A DNA stretch of 38,380 nt from a virus (lineage: Duplodnaviria; Caudoviricetes), in the IMG/VR virus record IMGVR_UViG_3300038696_000181, positions 1-38,380 of that record. The stretch is one strand, 5' to 3'. The position numbers and the translations under genes were made by a program. Positions within the stretch are counted from its first letter, which is position 1; each line of letters starts with the position of its first letter. Positions 26,652 to 35,940 of the stretch are shown piece by piece. The notes below the pieces were generated by a model, which searched no databases, was not told the DNA's origin, and saw only the letters and a list, made by a program, of their open reading frames with translations.

Positions 26652-27512
26652 ATGGAAAAAGGCGTCCTCCTAATGGCTTTTAATAGTCCCTCATATATTT
26701 ACATGGCGGCTCAACTTGCTTTATCGATCAAATACAACGATCCAGATCTCCCGATCCAGATTGTCCACGACGGTAATATTGGGTATTTGCCCGAGGCTTA
26801 TCGTATTGCTTTTGATCATTATACACCAATCAAGGAGTCCGACTTTATTGTCGACGGAAAGTTTGAGCCGGGTCTTGCAAAACTCAAGGCTTACGATTAC
26901 TCAATTTTTGATAAAACGATTTACCTCGACGTCGACGCTCTCGCGATTAATCCGATATCGGATCTTTTCGAGGATTGTAACTCCTTTTATTTAACGGAGG
27001 TAATTGATAAAGGAGGCAAAAATGATAAAATCGGATACTCGCATTGGGCTGAAAACTCGGAGGTCTGGAATTATTTCGGACTTACTGAGGAGGCGGTTTT
27101 TTGTTCGACTCAAAGCTCGTTCCAATACTTTGAAAAAGGAGACTCCGCTCAAGGTTTATACGAGTTTTTCGATAAAAATTTCTCTTTCCCTAAAGAGAGA
27201 CTCAAAAATCATTGGGGGGGATCAATGCCCGACGAGTTGATTGTTTCGGCGTCTTGTGCACAATACGCACACGACCCCGCGATTGGAGTCCCCGTTGTGT
27301 ATTTTGGAAACGCCAACAACCGAAAAGAGATCGCAGAGATACAAGAGAATTACAAGATCTTGAGCCTCTACGGAAACGGAAACGGGACGACGCTTGTCTC
27401 GGGACGATATTTGGATTGGTACGATCGTATGACAATAAAGCGATTTAAAAAATTTGGATTGAGGCCAATTAAAAAGAGTTGGCAGTTAATGAAAGGTAAA
27501 CACGTGAATTGA
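26652..27512 (+). CDS. GT-A fold glycosyltransferase (GT8-like)
   Basis: AKL.AYDYS.FDKTIYLDVD (DxD) and PDE motif. Confidence 0.75.
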   Translation: MEKGVLLMAFNSPSYIYMAAQLALSIKYNDPDLPIQIVHDGNIGYLPEAYRIAFDHYTPIKESDFIVDGKFEPGLAKLKAYDYSIFDKTIYLDVDALAINPISDLFEDCNSFYLTEVIDKGGKNDKIGYSHWAENSEVWNYFGLTEEAVFCSTQSSFQYFEKGDSAQGLYEFFDKNFSFPKERLKNHWGGSMPDELIVSASCAQYAHDPAIGVPVVYFGNANNRKEIAEIQENYKILSLYGNGNGTTLVSGRYLDWYDRMTIKRFKKFGLRPIKKSWQLMKGKHVN

Positions 27513-28663
27513 TGAGAGTACTCGTAAATATTGCAACTCATAAGAAAAGAGAGGGTCTCCTTAAGAGGTCTCTCATTTCACTTTTAAGACAAAACTCAAC
27601 GATTGACTTGTTGACCGTCGTCTTTAATGATTACGGCCCTCCTCAATGGTTTAAAGATCTCGAGGAGGGATATCCGTACCTCCAGGGTCTTAAGGCTGCA
27701 AAGGATCTCAAGGCGGGATCCAAGTTTACCCAACTCTCCGAGGCAAAGGATAATGATATTTATTTGACTTGCGACGACGATATTTTTTATCCCGCAAATT
27801 ATGTCAAGTATATTACCGACCTCGTATTAATAACGGGAGGTCCAATCGCTTTTGATGGGACAATAATCAATAAGGACGGAGAGATTTCGCTCAAGGTTCC
27901 GTTTTTTTCAGGAAATGCAAGCCCAAGATCGGTCAATCTTGGAGGGTCCGGGACGATTGCTTTTCCCGTTCAAATATTTAAAGGGTTTAAGCCTGGAAAC
28001 AATTACGCCGATATTGATTTTGCGGCGTACGCTCAAAAATTGGAGGTCTCGTTTATTTGTCCCGTCCGTGCGGACAATTGGATAAAGCCTCTCGACGGAC
28101 ATTGGGAGACCTCAATCCAGAGAGGAGACTCTCATATAAAAAAGCTCCGAAAGGTAGTTGAGAAAAACCCTTTCAAATTATTTGAGAGACGTCATTACGA
28201 TTTTACAGACTTTGGAGGTTGGTCGATCGATTTTGGAGCGTTTAAACATATCCTTGGGCTCGATATTGGCTTTTTAGTCGAGTTTGGATCGGGAGGATCG
28301 ACAAAGTATTTAAACAGATATTTGAGCGTCTTATCGGTTGAGGAGGACGTTATTTTCCACGAGAAAAGCGAAATACCAGAGGAAAACAAAATCCTCGCTC
28401 CGATCTCTGGAGGTTGGTATGATCTAACGACCGAGGATCTCAAGAGGATTAAAAAAGCGGACGCCTATCTTGTGGACGGCCCAAAGGGAGAGAATCGAGT
28501 CGGGATCCTGGACAATTTAAACCTCCTCAATAAAAAGGCGATATTTATCGTCGACGATTGTCAAAGAAAGGAGGATCTCCAGATTGCGCGGCAAATTGGA
28601 ATGACTGTAAAGAGACCAATAAGTCTTAATATCTTTGGAGAGAAAACCATTGCAATAATTTAA
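27512..28663 (+). CDS. Fusion of GT2-like glycosyltransferase and class I SAM-dependent methyltransferase
   Basis: N-terminal IATH..R and TCDDDIFYP; C-terminal GGWSI...LVEFGSGGST...LVDGP...IVDD. Confidence 0.7.
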   Translation: MRVLVNIATHKKREGLLKRSLISLLRQNSTIDLLTVVFNDYGPPQWFKDLEEGYPYLQGLKAAKDLKAGSKFTQLSEAKDNDIYLTCDDDIFYPANYVKYITDLVLITGGPIAFDGTIINKDGEISLKVPFFSGNASPRSVNLGGSGTIAFPVQIFKGFKPGNNYADIDFAAYAQKLEVSFICPVRADNWIKPLDGHWETSIQRGDSHIKKLRKVVEKNPFKLFERRHYDFTDFGGWSIDFGAFKHILGLDIGFLVEFGSGGSTKYLNRYLSVLSVEEDVIFHEKSEIPEENKILAPISGGWYDLTTEDLKRIKKADAYLVDGPKGENRVGILDNLNLLNKKAIFIVDDCQRKEDLQIARQIGMTVKRPISLNIFGEKTIAII

Positions 28664-28674
28664 ACTCAATTAAT

Positions 28675-28797
28675 ATGTCTTGTTGCGGTAGAAAAAGAGG
28701 AGGATCAAAGAGAGCGTCGTCAAAGGCAATGCCAAAATCGACCCAAACCTTGCAAAAGAAATCCTCTTACTCAAAACCCTCGAGTAAAAAGAAGTAA
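28675..28797 (+). CDS. Small basic peptide (40 aa)
   Basis: Not in the track: MSCCGRKRGGSKRASSKAMPK...SSKKK; fills the gap before the portal gene. Confidence 0.5.
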   Translation: MSCCGRKRGGSKRASSKAMPKSTQTLQKKSSYSKPSSKKK

Positions 28798-28800
28798 AAA

Positions 28801-30639
28801 ATGGACGCGGAAAAATTCCAAGAGATAATCGATATTGATATCCGTCCCGTTATTAAGGAGATATCCAAAAAAAAACGATCGCGAAAAAAAGCCTCTGAGG
28901 AGGAGCTCTTTGTTGATGGACTGACTCCTTACTTTAACGGATGGAGGGAGACCGTTATCGAATATCACGAAAACCGCGTACACTCGGAGGAAAAGTTTCC
29001 GACGGTATTATTTAAAAACGTTGCCCCAAACCAAGGGCAAGAGGAGCTCGATTACATTAGAGATACACACCAATCGATAACCTCCGACGTTTTTCTTGAG
29101 TTTGCAAATACGGTAAAGAGGGGACTCATTAACGGTAATATTGAGTATCAAAAAGAGGACAACTCAGACGCGAAAGACTTTAAAGAATACATCGACGAGA
29201 AAATCCCTCAATACAAGTCGCTTTATGAGTACATGAAAAGTCTTGTTGATCAAAAGTTGACCGACGCAAACGCGGTCCTTGCGATCAATTACAAGGCTCA
29301 AGTTGATGAGGACGGTATAATTGAGGGACGGATCTCTCCATTTCCAGAAATTTACAACTCTCAAAACGTCGTTTATATTGATCCAGACGACTCAATTATT
29401 GTTTTAGCTCACGAGAAAAGCCTTGTAAAGGTAGGGTCTCAGAACCAAAGAAAGGGATTGATCTTTAACGGATACGCGAAAGACTTTTATTTTGTAGCGA
29501 CTCAAGTTGGGAGAAAATCGGATTACAAATTTGAGTTTACAGAGTTTGATCACGAGCTCGGATGGGTCCCCGCAATGCGGTTAATGGGATCTCCTCGGTT
29601 GGTTGACAATCGACTTTATTACTCCTCTCCATTTCATCGAGCCGTCTTTAATCTCAACCTTGCCCTTTTAGATAACGCCAATCTCTTATTGATAAAGAGA
29701 AAAGTTGGTTATCCGACGCGAGTATTTCACTCTCAAAAATGCAGACACCAACACAACGGGTCCGTTTGCGACGAGGGAGTTATCCGTTGGTCGGACGGAG
29801 AGGGACACCATGAGAGCCAATGTCCCGCTTGTAATGGATCGGGACAAGTCCAGATTTTTGGACCATTGTCGGAGCTCCATATTAACGTTGATGAGGACTC
29901 GGAAAAAAACCCGATCAAGGCCAACGACGCAATGGCTTATATTTCTCCAGATATTGCGATACCCGAGTTTTTAAGAAAGGAGATCGATCAATTTATTACC
30001 AAGGCTCTCGAGGTTTTGCATTTAAAAGCGGAGCCCCGAGGATCTGGAAACATAACCGCAACCGAGAAAAACATTGATCTCAAGGCGACTGAGGGCTTTA
30101 TCAAGCCGATATCGGATCAAGTTTGGCACTTGTACGCGTTTCTCTTAAAGACAATCGGATCTTTGTATCTGGGACAAGAGGCTTACGATAAAGTCTCTCC
30201 CAAAGTGATCCCCGCGAAAGAGTTTGATATTATCGGTTACGACGATTATATCGAGCAACTCGCAGAGGCTCGGAAAAATGATTTACCCGGATACATTATC
30301 CAAACGATCATTTATAATTTGATGAGGTCTCTCAATTACTCCGACTCGTTTAGTGAGAGAGTATTTGATTTGATCCAATACGCGGATCGCCTTTGGAGTA
30401 TGTCGTCAAAAGATGTCGCCTTGAGTCTCTCAAGAGGAACGGCGTCCAAATGGGAGGCAATCTTACACGAGTCCGCCTTGGCCTTTATATTTGAGATCGT
30501 TGAAAGTGAGGAGTCCTTTTTCGATAAAGATCTTGAGCAACAAAAAATTATCTTGATTGATAAGGCGAAATCCGTCGAGACTGCAATAAGCGCCAACCAA
30601 GAAATCGAACTCCCAAACCCTCTTAATCTTGAGGAATAG
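28801..30639 (+). CDS. Probable portal protein with Zn-finger insertion
   Basis: 612 aa; HELGWVPA..L.G motif and SG...ATEK.ID helical C-terminus typical of portals; CPACNGSG. Confidence 0.65.
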   Translation: MDAEKFQEIIDIDIRPVIKEISKKKRSRKKASEEELFVDGLTPYFNGWRETVIEYHENRVHSEEKFPTVLFKNVAPNQGQEELDYIRDTHQSITSDVFLEFANTVKRGLINGNIEYQKEDNSDAKDFKEYIDEKIPQYKSLYEYMKSLVDQKLTDANAVLAINYKAQVDEDGIIEGRISPFPEIYNSQNVVYIDPDDSIIVLAHEKSLVKVGSQNQRKGLIFNGYAKDFYFVATQVGRKSDYKFEFTEFDHELGWVPAMRLMGSPRLVDNRLYYSSPFHRAVFNLNLALLDNANLLLIKRKVGYPTRVFHSQKCRHQHNGSVCDEGVIRWSDGEGHHESQCPACNGSGQVQIFGPLSELHINVDEDSEKNPIKANDAMAYISPDIAIPEFLRKEIDQFITKALEVLHLKAEPRGSGNITATEKNIDLKATEGFIKPISDQVWHLYAFLLKTIGSLYLGQEAYDKVSPKVIPAKEFDIIGYDDYIEQLAEARKNDLPGYIIQTIIYNLMRSLNYSDSFSERVFDLIQYADRLWSMSSKDVALSLSRGTASKWEAILHESALAFIFEIVESEESFFDKDLEQQKIILIDKAKSVETAISANQEIELPNPLNLEE

Positions 30640-30897
30640 TTATTTTGAATAAATATCGACTATCCCGTATTTTCTATACTTGATCGATACCTTGTCCTCT
30701 CGGATTTTTTTCGTTGCCTTTATGAGCTTACGAGCGTTGTCGATTCCGATATAATTATGGAGTCTCCAGGCTCCAATTAATACCCTCCTCCCGAGGAGTT
30801 TTTTTACCTTCGGATCCTTGGGTTGATATACAAAGTGAAAATCTCGGTTTAGATACTTAAAATCGGGATCCTCTCTCAAGTCGTTTAAATGGTACAT
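30640..30897 (-). CDS. Hypothetical basic protein (start revised to MYHLND)
   Basis: Directly downstream of dnaB on the same strand. Confidence 0.55.
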   Translation of the reverse strand: MYHLNDLREDPDFKYLNRDFHFVYQPKDPKVKKLLGRRVLIGAWRLHNYIGIDNARKLIKATKKIREDKVSIKYRKYGIVDIYSK

Positions 30898-30898
30898 A

Positions 30899-32338
30899 TT
30901 AAAAAGGATTATCGTCGAAATCGTCTCCTCTGGATTGCATTGTAATTTTTTGGAATCGATCAAAGTCAACACTCGGAGGAGAGAAAGGAGCGACCTCTTG
31001 GTTTGAGATCTTGTTAAGCGGTCCGTCCCATTGCATTTTTATAGTTTCTTTGGGGCGCCCTCCTCTCATTTTTCCGTTGATAAACTCGAGTACTCCGTGA
31101 GTCGACTCTCCGTCCTCGTACATATCGATATCGTAATACTCTGGGCGATAAAGAAAATCGACGACGTCCGCGTCTTGCTCAATTTGTCCGCTTTGTCTAA
31201 GGTCTGATAGCATTGGACGCTTATCTCCTCCTCGAGTTTCGACGGCTCTTGATAACTGAGCGATCGCAACAACGGGGATCTCGAGTTTTTTCGCCATGAG
31301 TTTAAGTCCCTTTGAGACCTCTCCGACGTCTTGAGTCGGGTCTTTATATCCCGCTTTTGCGAGTTGCAAATAATCGAGATAGACAATATCGCAACGTCTC
31401 TCTTGTACTGCAAGCGCCGTCTCTCTCTCAATGTCGGTTAAATTGGTAAACTCGTAAATTGTCAAAAGATCCGAAATCGACAACAAGTATTTGTTTATCT
31501 TGGATTGCAAATCGGCGTCAAGATCTCGCTTTAAGATATACTCGGGAGGAGTGTTTGTTTCGAGTCCCGCGAGGCGAGCGAGCAACTCGAGAGGAGTCAT
31601 TTCCAAGGAATGGAAAAGAGGTTTAACACCTTTTTTGAGTTGAAAGTGTATCTCGTTAACGGCCCTTGCAGTTTTCCCCATACCTGGACGCGCGGCGTAA
31701 ATAATTAAGTGTCCGTCTTGATGTCCTCCCGTTATCGAGTCGTAAACTTTAAATCCCGTCGGGATGCCCGTTGTAATACCCTCGTTGTTTTTTCCCATTA
31801 CCTCCGCGAGCCTTTCCGCGACCTCTCTTGTCGAGTATGTATTACCGTCGGAGAGTCCTTTCGTCAAATTGTGGAGGCTCGTTTGAGTTTTATCCAGGAG
31901 ATCAAATGTATCAACGCTCTCCTCGTACGCGTCCCGTATATTATCGCTCGATATTCGGATTTGCTCACGGAGTAAAAATTTCTCGTGCACGATTCGAGCG
32001 TGATACTCCAGATTAGACGCGTTTGCGACTTTATTTGTCAGCATAGACACGTAATAAGCTCCTCCGCATATTTCCAAGACCTCGTTTTTTCGCAGTCTAT
32101 CAGTAACGGTAATTATATCGACGGGATCTTGGTTGTCCGTTAATTGTACAATCGCCTCAAATATTTTTTGATGAGACTCCTTATAAAAATACTCGGGCTT
32201 GAGGAGTCGGGTCGCGAGATACGTTGCTTGCTTTTGTAGCAAAGAGGCCCCGAGTACGGCCTCCTCCAAATCTAGAGCTTGCGGAGGTATTTTTCCGATA
32301 TCGTTGTCTCTTACTTTTGGGAGATCTCTTTTACTCAT
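30899..32338 (-). CDS. dnaB: Replicative DNA helicase
   Basis: PPQALDLEEAVLG, Walker A AARPGMGKT, SLEM, LDYLQL, QLSRAVETR, LSDLRQSGQIEQDAD. Confidence 0.95.
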   Translation of the reverse strand: MSKRDLPKVRDNDIGKIPPQALDLEEAVLGASLLQKQATYLATRLLKPEYFYKESHQKIFEAIVQLTDNQDPVDIITVTDRLRKNEVLEICGGAYYVSMLTNKVANASNLEYHARIVHEKFLLREQIRISSDNIRDAYEESVDTFDLLDKTQTSLHNLTKGLSDGNTYSTREVAERLAEVMGKNNEGITTGIPTGFKVYDSITGGHQDGHLIIYAARPGMGKTARAVNEIHFQLKKGVKPLFHSLEMTPLELLARLAGLETNTPPEYILKRDLDADLQSKINKYLLSISDLLTIYEFTNLTDIERETALAVQERRCDIVYLDYLQLAKAGYKDPTQDVGEVSKGLKLMAKKLEIPVVAIAQLSRAVETRGGDKRPMLSDLRQSGQIEQDADVVDFLYRPEYYDIDMYEDGESTHGVLEFINGKMRGGRPKETIKMQWDGPLNKISNQEVAPFSPPSVDFDRFQKITMQSRGDDFDDNPF

Positions 32339-32510
32339 CGTTAAGGGCTTTTAAAGTTTTCGCGGTTACTTCGCGGACCCTGTCCTCTGAGTTGTCCGAT
32401 ATTAGTATTAAAAAATCAACGTCTTGCTCTTTATAAATCGTTGAGGAATACCATTTATAAGCGGTCCCGCTTACATGGTTTGTCTTTATCGAAGTCGATA
32501 AATAGCTCAT
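32331..32510 (-). CDS. Hypothetical protein (59 aa)
   Basis: Not in the track: MSYLSTSIKTNHVSG...KALNDE; overlaps the dnaB start. Confidence 0.5.
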   Translation of the reverse strand: MSYLSTSIKTNHVSGTAYKWYSSTIYKEQDVDFLILISDNSEDRVREVTAKTLKALNDE

Positions 32511-32534
32511 ATCTTTTAATTATTTTTGGTTTTC

Positions 32535-32542
32535 CAAATGTA
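32535..32542 (-). promoter_or_regulatory. -7 box TACATTTG for the dnaB unit
   Basis: TAnnTTTG about 25 bp upstream of ATG 32510. Confidence 0.5.
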
Positions 32543-32586
32543 CGGGACTCAAATCGGAAAGTTGTCCCTTTAACGGATTTTAACAA

Positions 32587-33465
32587 ATGGCAACAAGTGG
32601 AGAGATATTGTCGGAGAGAATTAATCGAGTCGAAAATATCCCCGATCGATTTATATCCAGAGCGGCAGCGACTCAAGCTCAATTATTTAATGAGCTCTTA
32701 ACTATACTCGAGAGTCTCGGTTTGGGTCGAGAGGGAGGCGTTACAACCTCCGCCGCGGATCTTGCAAGGATAGACGCTTTAATTGATCAATATTACCAGA
32801 GAGTCCGACAAGGAGAGTACGGGGGGCTCGTTGCGGGTTTTATTGACCAAATGCAAAAGCAACAACAATTAAACGCGCAATATTACGAGGTCGAGTTTGG
32901 TTTGACGCCTGGAGCCCTTTCCGCGAGTGTATATCAACAATCCAGACAAAAAGCCCTCCGTCAACTCTTGGGGGACGATTTTAAAACAAATTTTATCAAT
33001 GTAATCCGAGACCAAGTTGTCCAGAGTGTCGAGGCGGGAGCCTCATTTACTCAAATGAGGTCGGATCTTTTTCCTCTGTTTACCGACGGAGAGAGATTGG
33101 GCCAACTTCATAATTGGATTTCTCAAGTAACGAGAGATATCTTTTCCGTTTTTGATAGGGCTTATAACAACTCCGTCGCGGTTGAGTTGGATCTCGAGTT
33201 TGGTCAATACGCGGGAGGTCTTGTAAAGGACTCTCGTAAATTTTGCACGGATCGAGCGGGTAAATTTTACCACGTTAAAGAGGTCGAGTCTTGGGCCTCT
33301 GAGGAGTGGCAAGGAAAATATAGAAGGACAAATGCCCGTAATATTTTGGATTGGTTGGGAGGATACAATTGTATGCACCTTTTCGCGTATCGATCGATAA
33401 TCAACGTCCCCGATTATGTTATCGAGAGAAATATCGCGAGCGGTAATTACAAAAGATCCCGATAA
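32587..33465 (+). CDS. Minor capsid/head morphogenesis protein
   Basis: C-terminal YAGGLVKDSRKFC...GGYNCMH motif; lies between portal and scaffold. Confidence 0.7.
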   Translation: MATSGEILSERINRVENIPDRFISRAAATQAQLFNELLTILESLGLGREGGVTTSAADLARIDALIDQYYQRVRQGEYGGLVAGFIDQMQKQQQLNAQYYEVEFGLTPGALSASVYQQSRQKALRQLLGDDFKTNFINVIRDQVVQSVEAGASFTQMRSDLFPLFTDGERLGQLHNWISQVTRDIFSVFDRAYNNSVAVELDLEFGQYAGGLVKDSRKFCTDRAGKFYHVKEVESWASEEWQGKYRRTNARNILDWLGGYNCMHLFAYRSIINVPDYVIERNIASGNYKRSR

Positions 33466-33596
33466 AAGTAAAGGGAGACAATGTCCCCCCTTACAACCAA
33501 AAATAAAAAAATGATAATCCGCAAGAATTGAGTAGGAATACGGACGCCTCAAAGATAGGAGGATTTTATACCTTTACTCAATAAATCAATAATAAA

Positions 33597-33911
33597 ATGG
33601 CAAAGCGCAAGTTTATACACGAAAAAAGAAAAATCATCCGCGAGCTTGATCTCTCGGATAAATTAGCCAAAGAGTACGGTTGGATCCCTTACGAGGAGCC
33701 CGAAAAACCAGAGGGGAAAGATCCAGAGGAGAAAGCCCCAGAGGGGAAAGATCCAGAGGACAAGACTCCAGAGGACAAGACTCCAGAGGCAAACGCCCCA
33801 GAGGAGAAAGCCCCAGAGGCAAACGCTCCAGAGGAGAAAAAGGTTGCTCCCGCGGTAAACGGAAAAACAACCGCAACCAAAAAAACGTCAACACGTAAGA
33901 AAGTAGATTAA
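33597..33911 (+). CDS. Small protein with PExxx repeats
   Basis: A-rich leader; coupled to the scaffold gene (TAATG). Confidence 0.6.
   Translation: MAKRKFIHEKRKIIRELDLSDKLAKEYGWIPYEEPEKPEGKDPEEKAPEGKDPEDKTPEDKTPEANAPEEKAPEANAPEEKKVAPAVNGKTTATKKTSTRKKVD
33708..33842 (+). repeat. Nine 15-bp tandem repeats (CCAGAGG-n8) encoding PE-xxx
   Basis: CCAGAGGGGAAAGAT, CCAGAGGAGAAAGCC, CCAGAGGACAAGACT, CCAGAGGCAAACGCC and variants. Confidence 0.9.
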
Positions 33912-34744
33912 TGAAACAACTTTTTGAGTATATCGGGTATAATCCCGAGGAAGGAGCAGAGCCAAAATGGGACGACGTAAAAAAGGCTCTTGAAGAAAAA
34001 TTTGTCCCAATAGCGCAAATTGGGGATCGCCCCGATTTGCTTAAACCATTTATCGACGAGTCTTTTGGTAAAAAATCTCGAAAGGTTCAAGTTGATATCA
34101 TTAAGGTAATGAAAGACAACGGTCTCGACGCTCCGCATTCGGAGTTTGAAAAGATCCCAACAATCGAGGAGTTACTCCCTCTTGCGGTTAAAAAGTTCAA
34201 GTCTCAAATTGAGGAAAAGGCCGCAAAGGACAAGACGGGAGACGAGACTCTTAAGGCAAAACTCCAAGAAACGGAGACCGAGAGAGATCGTTTTAAAAAC
34301 TTGTTTGAGAAAAAAGATAACGAGTTTACGTCTTTCAAGGACCAGACAATCCAAGACCAAACCAAAGCAAAACTCGACTCTTTCCGAGAGAAATTGATCG
34401 GGGGAGTAAAGTGGAAAAAGGATATTACGGGATTGGAGAAAGACGGTTTCCGCGTTAAATTTGGCGAGAAGTACGATATTAAGGTTAACGACGAGGGCAA
34501 GTTTAACCTCAAGGACAAAGAGGGAAAAACGGTTTACAACCCGTCAAAACCGACCGAGATATTAACTCCAGAGGCCGCAATATCCATTTTTGCAAAGGAG
34601 AATAAAGTCGACGACTCCGCTCCTTATACGGGCAAAAAGGATAAAAAGACGGGGGCGACGAAAGAAAAAGTCGATACCGATCCTCCTAAAAATCGACGTC
34701 GAGCCAATCCAAGGTTTAGCGGTCGAGTAGAGGTCGAAGATTGA
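33911..34744 (+). CDS. Capsid scaffolding protein (probable)
   Basis: K/E-rich coiled coil immediately upstream of the major capsid gene. Confidence 0.6.
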   Translation: MKQLFEYIGYNPEEGAEPKWDDVKKALEEKFVPIAQIGDRPDLLKPFIDESFGKKSRKVQVDIIKVMKDNGLDAPHSEFEKIPTIEELLPLAVKKFKSQIEEKAAKDKTGDETLKAKLQETETERDRFKNLFEKKDNEFTSFKDQTIQDQTKAKLDSFREKLIGGVKWKKDITGLEKDGFRVKFGEKYDIKVNDEGKFNLKDKEGKTVYNPSKPTEILTPEAAISIFAKENKVDDSAPYTGKKDKKTGATKEKVDTDPPKNRRRANPRFSGRVEVED

Positions 34745-34824
34745 TAAAGTAGGTCAACGGACCTTATCCGTTACGATTGCGGGCGTCGCTCCCTTAGTGA
34801 CAAAAGACAAAAACCTTAACAGAT

Positions 34825-35874
34825 ATGTCTTATTTAAGTACCCTCCTTGTACAATGCGAGGATTTCCAAGATAAATTGGGAAATGTTTGGGGAAAAGATG
34901 CCTCTTTCGTGAGAGATCCGATCCCTTTTTTAGAGTATGTTAGATCCGAGGAAAATACGAACCTTGTCGACGTCACAGTCAACGAGGGAAAAGGGAAGAC
35001 GATGAACGTCAATCTTACGTATTTCCAAAGAATCCCAGAGAGCGAAGTTGTTGAAGCCTCGGAGCGCGGTTGCGCCGTTGATAAAGAGCGCGGAAATTGC
35101 GTTGAGCAATACTCAATCGATACGACGGATCTCGTTAAGTCTGGAGAAATCATTAAGGCGAAAGCCCTCGAGAGATTTTGCCAAGATAACGACGAGTATA
35201 TTGTTGGAGTGATTATGAGACACCTCAACGCAATCGATCGAAAAGTTGCCTCTCGTACGGCGGCTCAAGCGGCGGCGTTGCTTGGAGCTTGGTCCGAGGA
35301 CGCGATTGATTTTTACTCAATTGTTGACGACAAGTTGACCGTTAGGACTAAAAACGCGGACGGATCTTATCTCCCTGGAGCTCTTGAGAGCGTTGATCAG
35401 GCGGCAATGATGTCGAGTTTTGACGGTTTCATCGGTTTCGGAGGAGCGGCGATGAATGAGTATATGAGATTAACTCAAGCGGGTTGTTGCTCAAACTCTG
35501 GACTTGACGTTTTGGCGTTGTATCAACAATACGGTTACGCGTTCGCGTACGACCGTCGATTGGCAACGGCTCTCGGAGGTCAACTCGAAAACCTTGTTAT
35601 CGAGCCTGGAGCGTTTCAACTCCTTAATTACACTCAAACTCCTTGGAAAGAGGATATTTCGATTGAGTTAAAATCGGGTTATGAGGCGATCCAACTAACG
35701 ACTCCCGCGGGAGTTGACGTTGACGTTTATATCAAAGATGAGTGTCCCGGAGAGATCTCGATCAATGTCTTTGCCAATACTAAACTTGTCGGTTTACCCG
35801 ACGATCTTTTCCCCGTTGGGGACAATTTCGACGGCGTAAATTACGCCGCTCAAGTTACGGTCGACAACTCTTAA
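34825..35874 (+). CDS. Major capsid protein (probable)
   Basis: 349 aa; follows the scaffold gene and is followed by a terminator. Confidence 0.7.
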   Translation: MSYLSTLLVQCEDFQDKLGNVWGKDASFVRDPIPFLEYVRSEENTNLVDVTVNEGKGKTMNVNLTYFQRIPESEVVEASERGCAVDKERGNCVEQYSIDTTDLVKSGEIIKAKALERFCQDNDEYIVGVIMRHLNAIDRKVASRTAAQAAALLGAWSEDAIDFYSIVDDKLTVRTKNADGSYLPGALESVDQAAMMSSFDGFIGFGGAAMNEYMRLTQAGCCSNSGLDVLALYQQYGYAFAYDRRLATALGGQLENLVIEPGAFQLLNYTQTPWKEDISIELKSGYEAIQLTTPAGVDVDVYIKDECPGEISINVFANTKLVGLPDDLFPVGDNFDGVNYAAQVTVDNS

Positions 35875-35896
35875 GAGAGTCGATTATTAATGATCT

Positions 35897-35929
35897 AAGG
35901 GGGCCCAATTATTCGGCTCCCTTTTTTTT
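35897..35929 (+). terminator. Intrinsic terminator after the major capsid gene
   Basis: AAGGGGGCC-caattattc-GGCTCCCTT followed by a T-run. Confidence 0.7.
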
Positions 35930-35940
35930 ACCTTTACCTT

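Noticed and set aside
32493-32510. MSYLST N-terminus shared by the 59-aa ORF and the major capsid protein
   Set aside because: The codons differ and similarity ends after six residues, so it is probably chance.
33708-33842. 15-bp repeats as CRISPR or replication iterons
   Set aside because: They are contiguous, in-frame coding repeats with no spacers.
34745-34824. Overlapping small hairpins upstream of the capsid gene (AGGTC/GACCT, AACGGA/TCCGTT)
   Set aside because: Stems of 5-6 bp are too short to call a regulatory RNA without covariation data.
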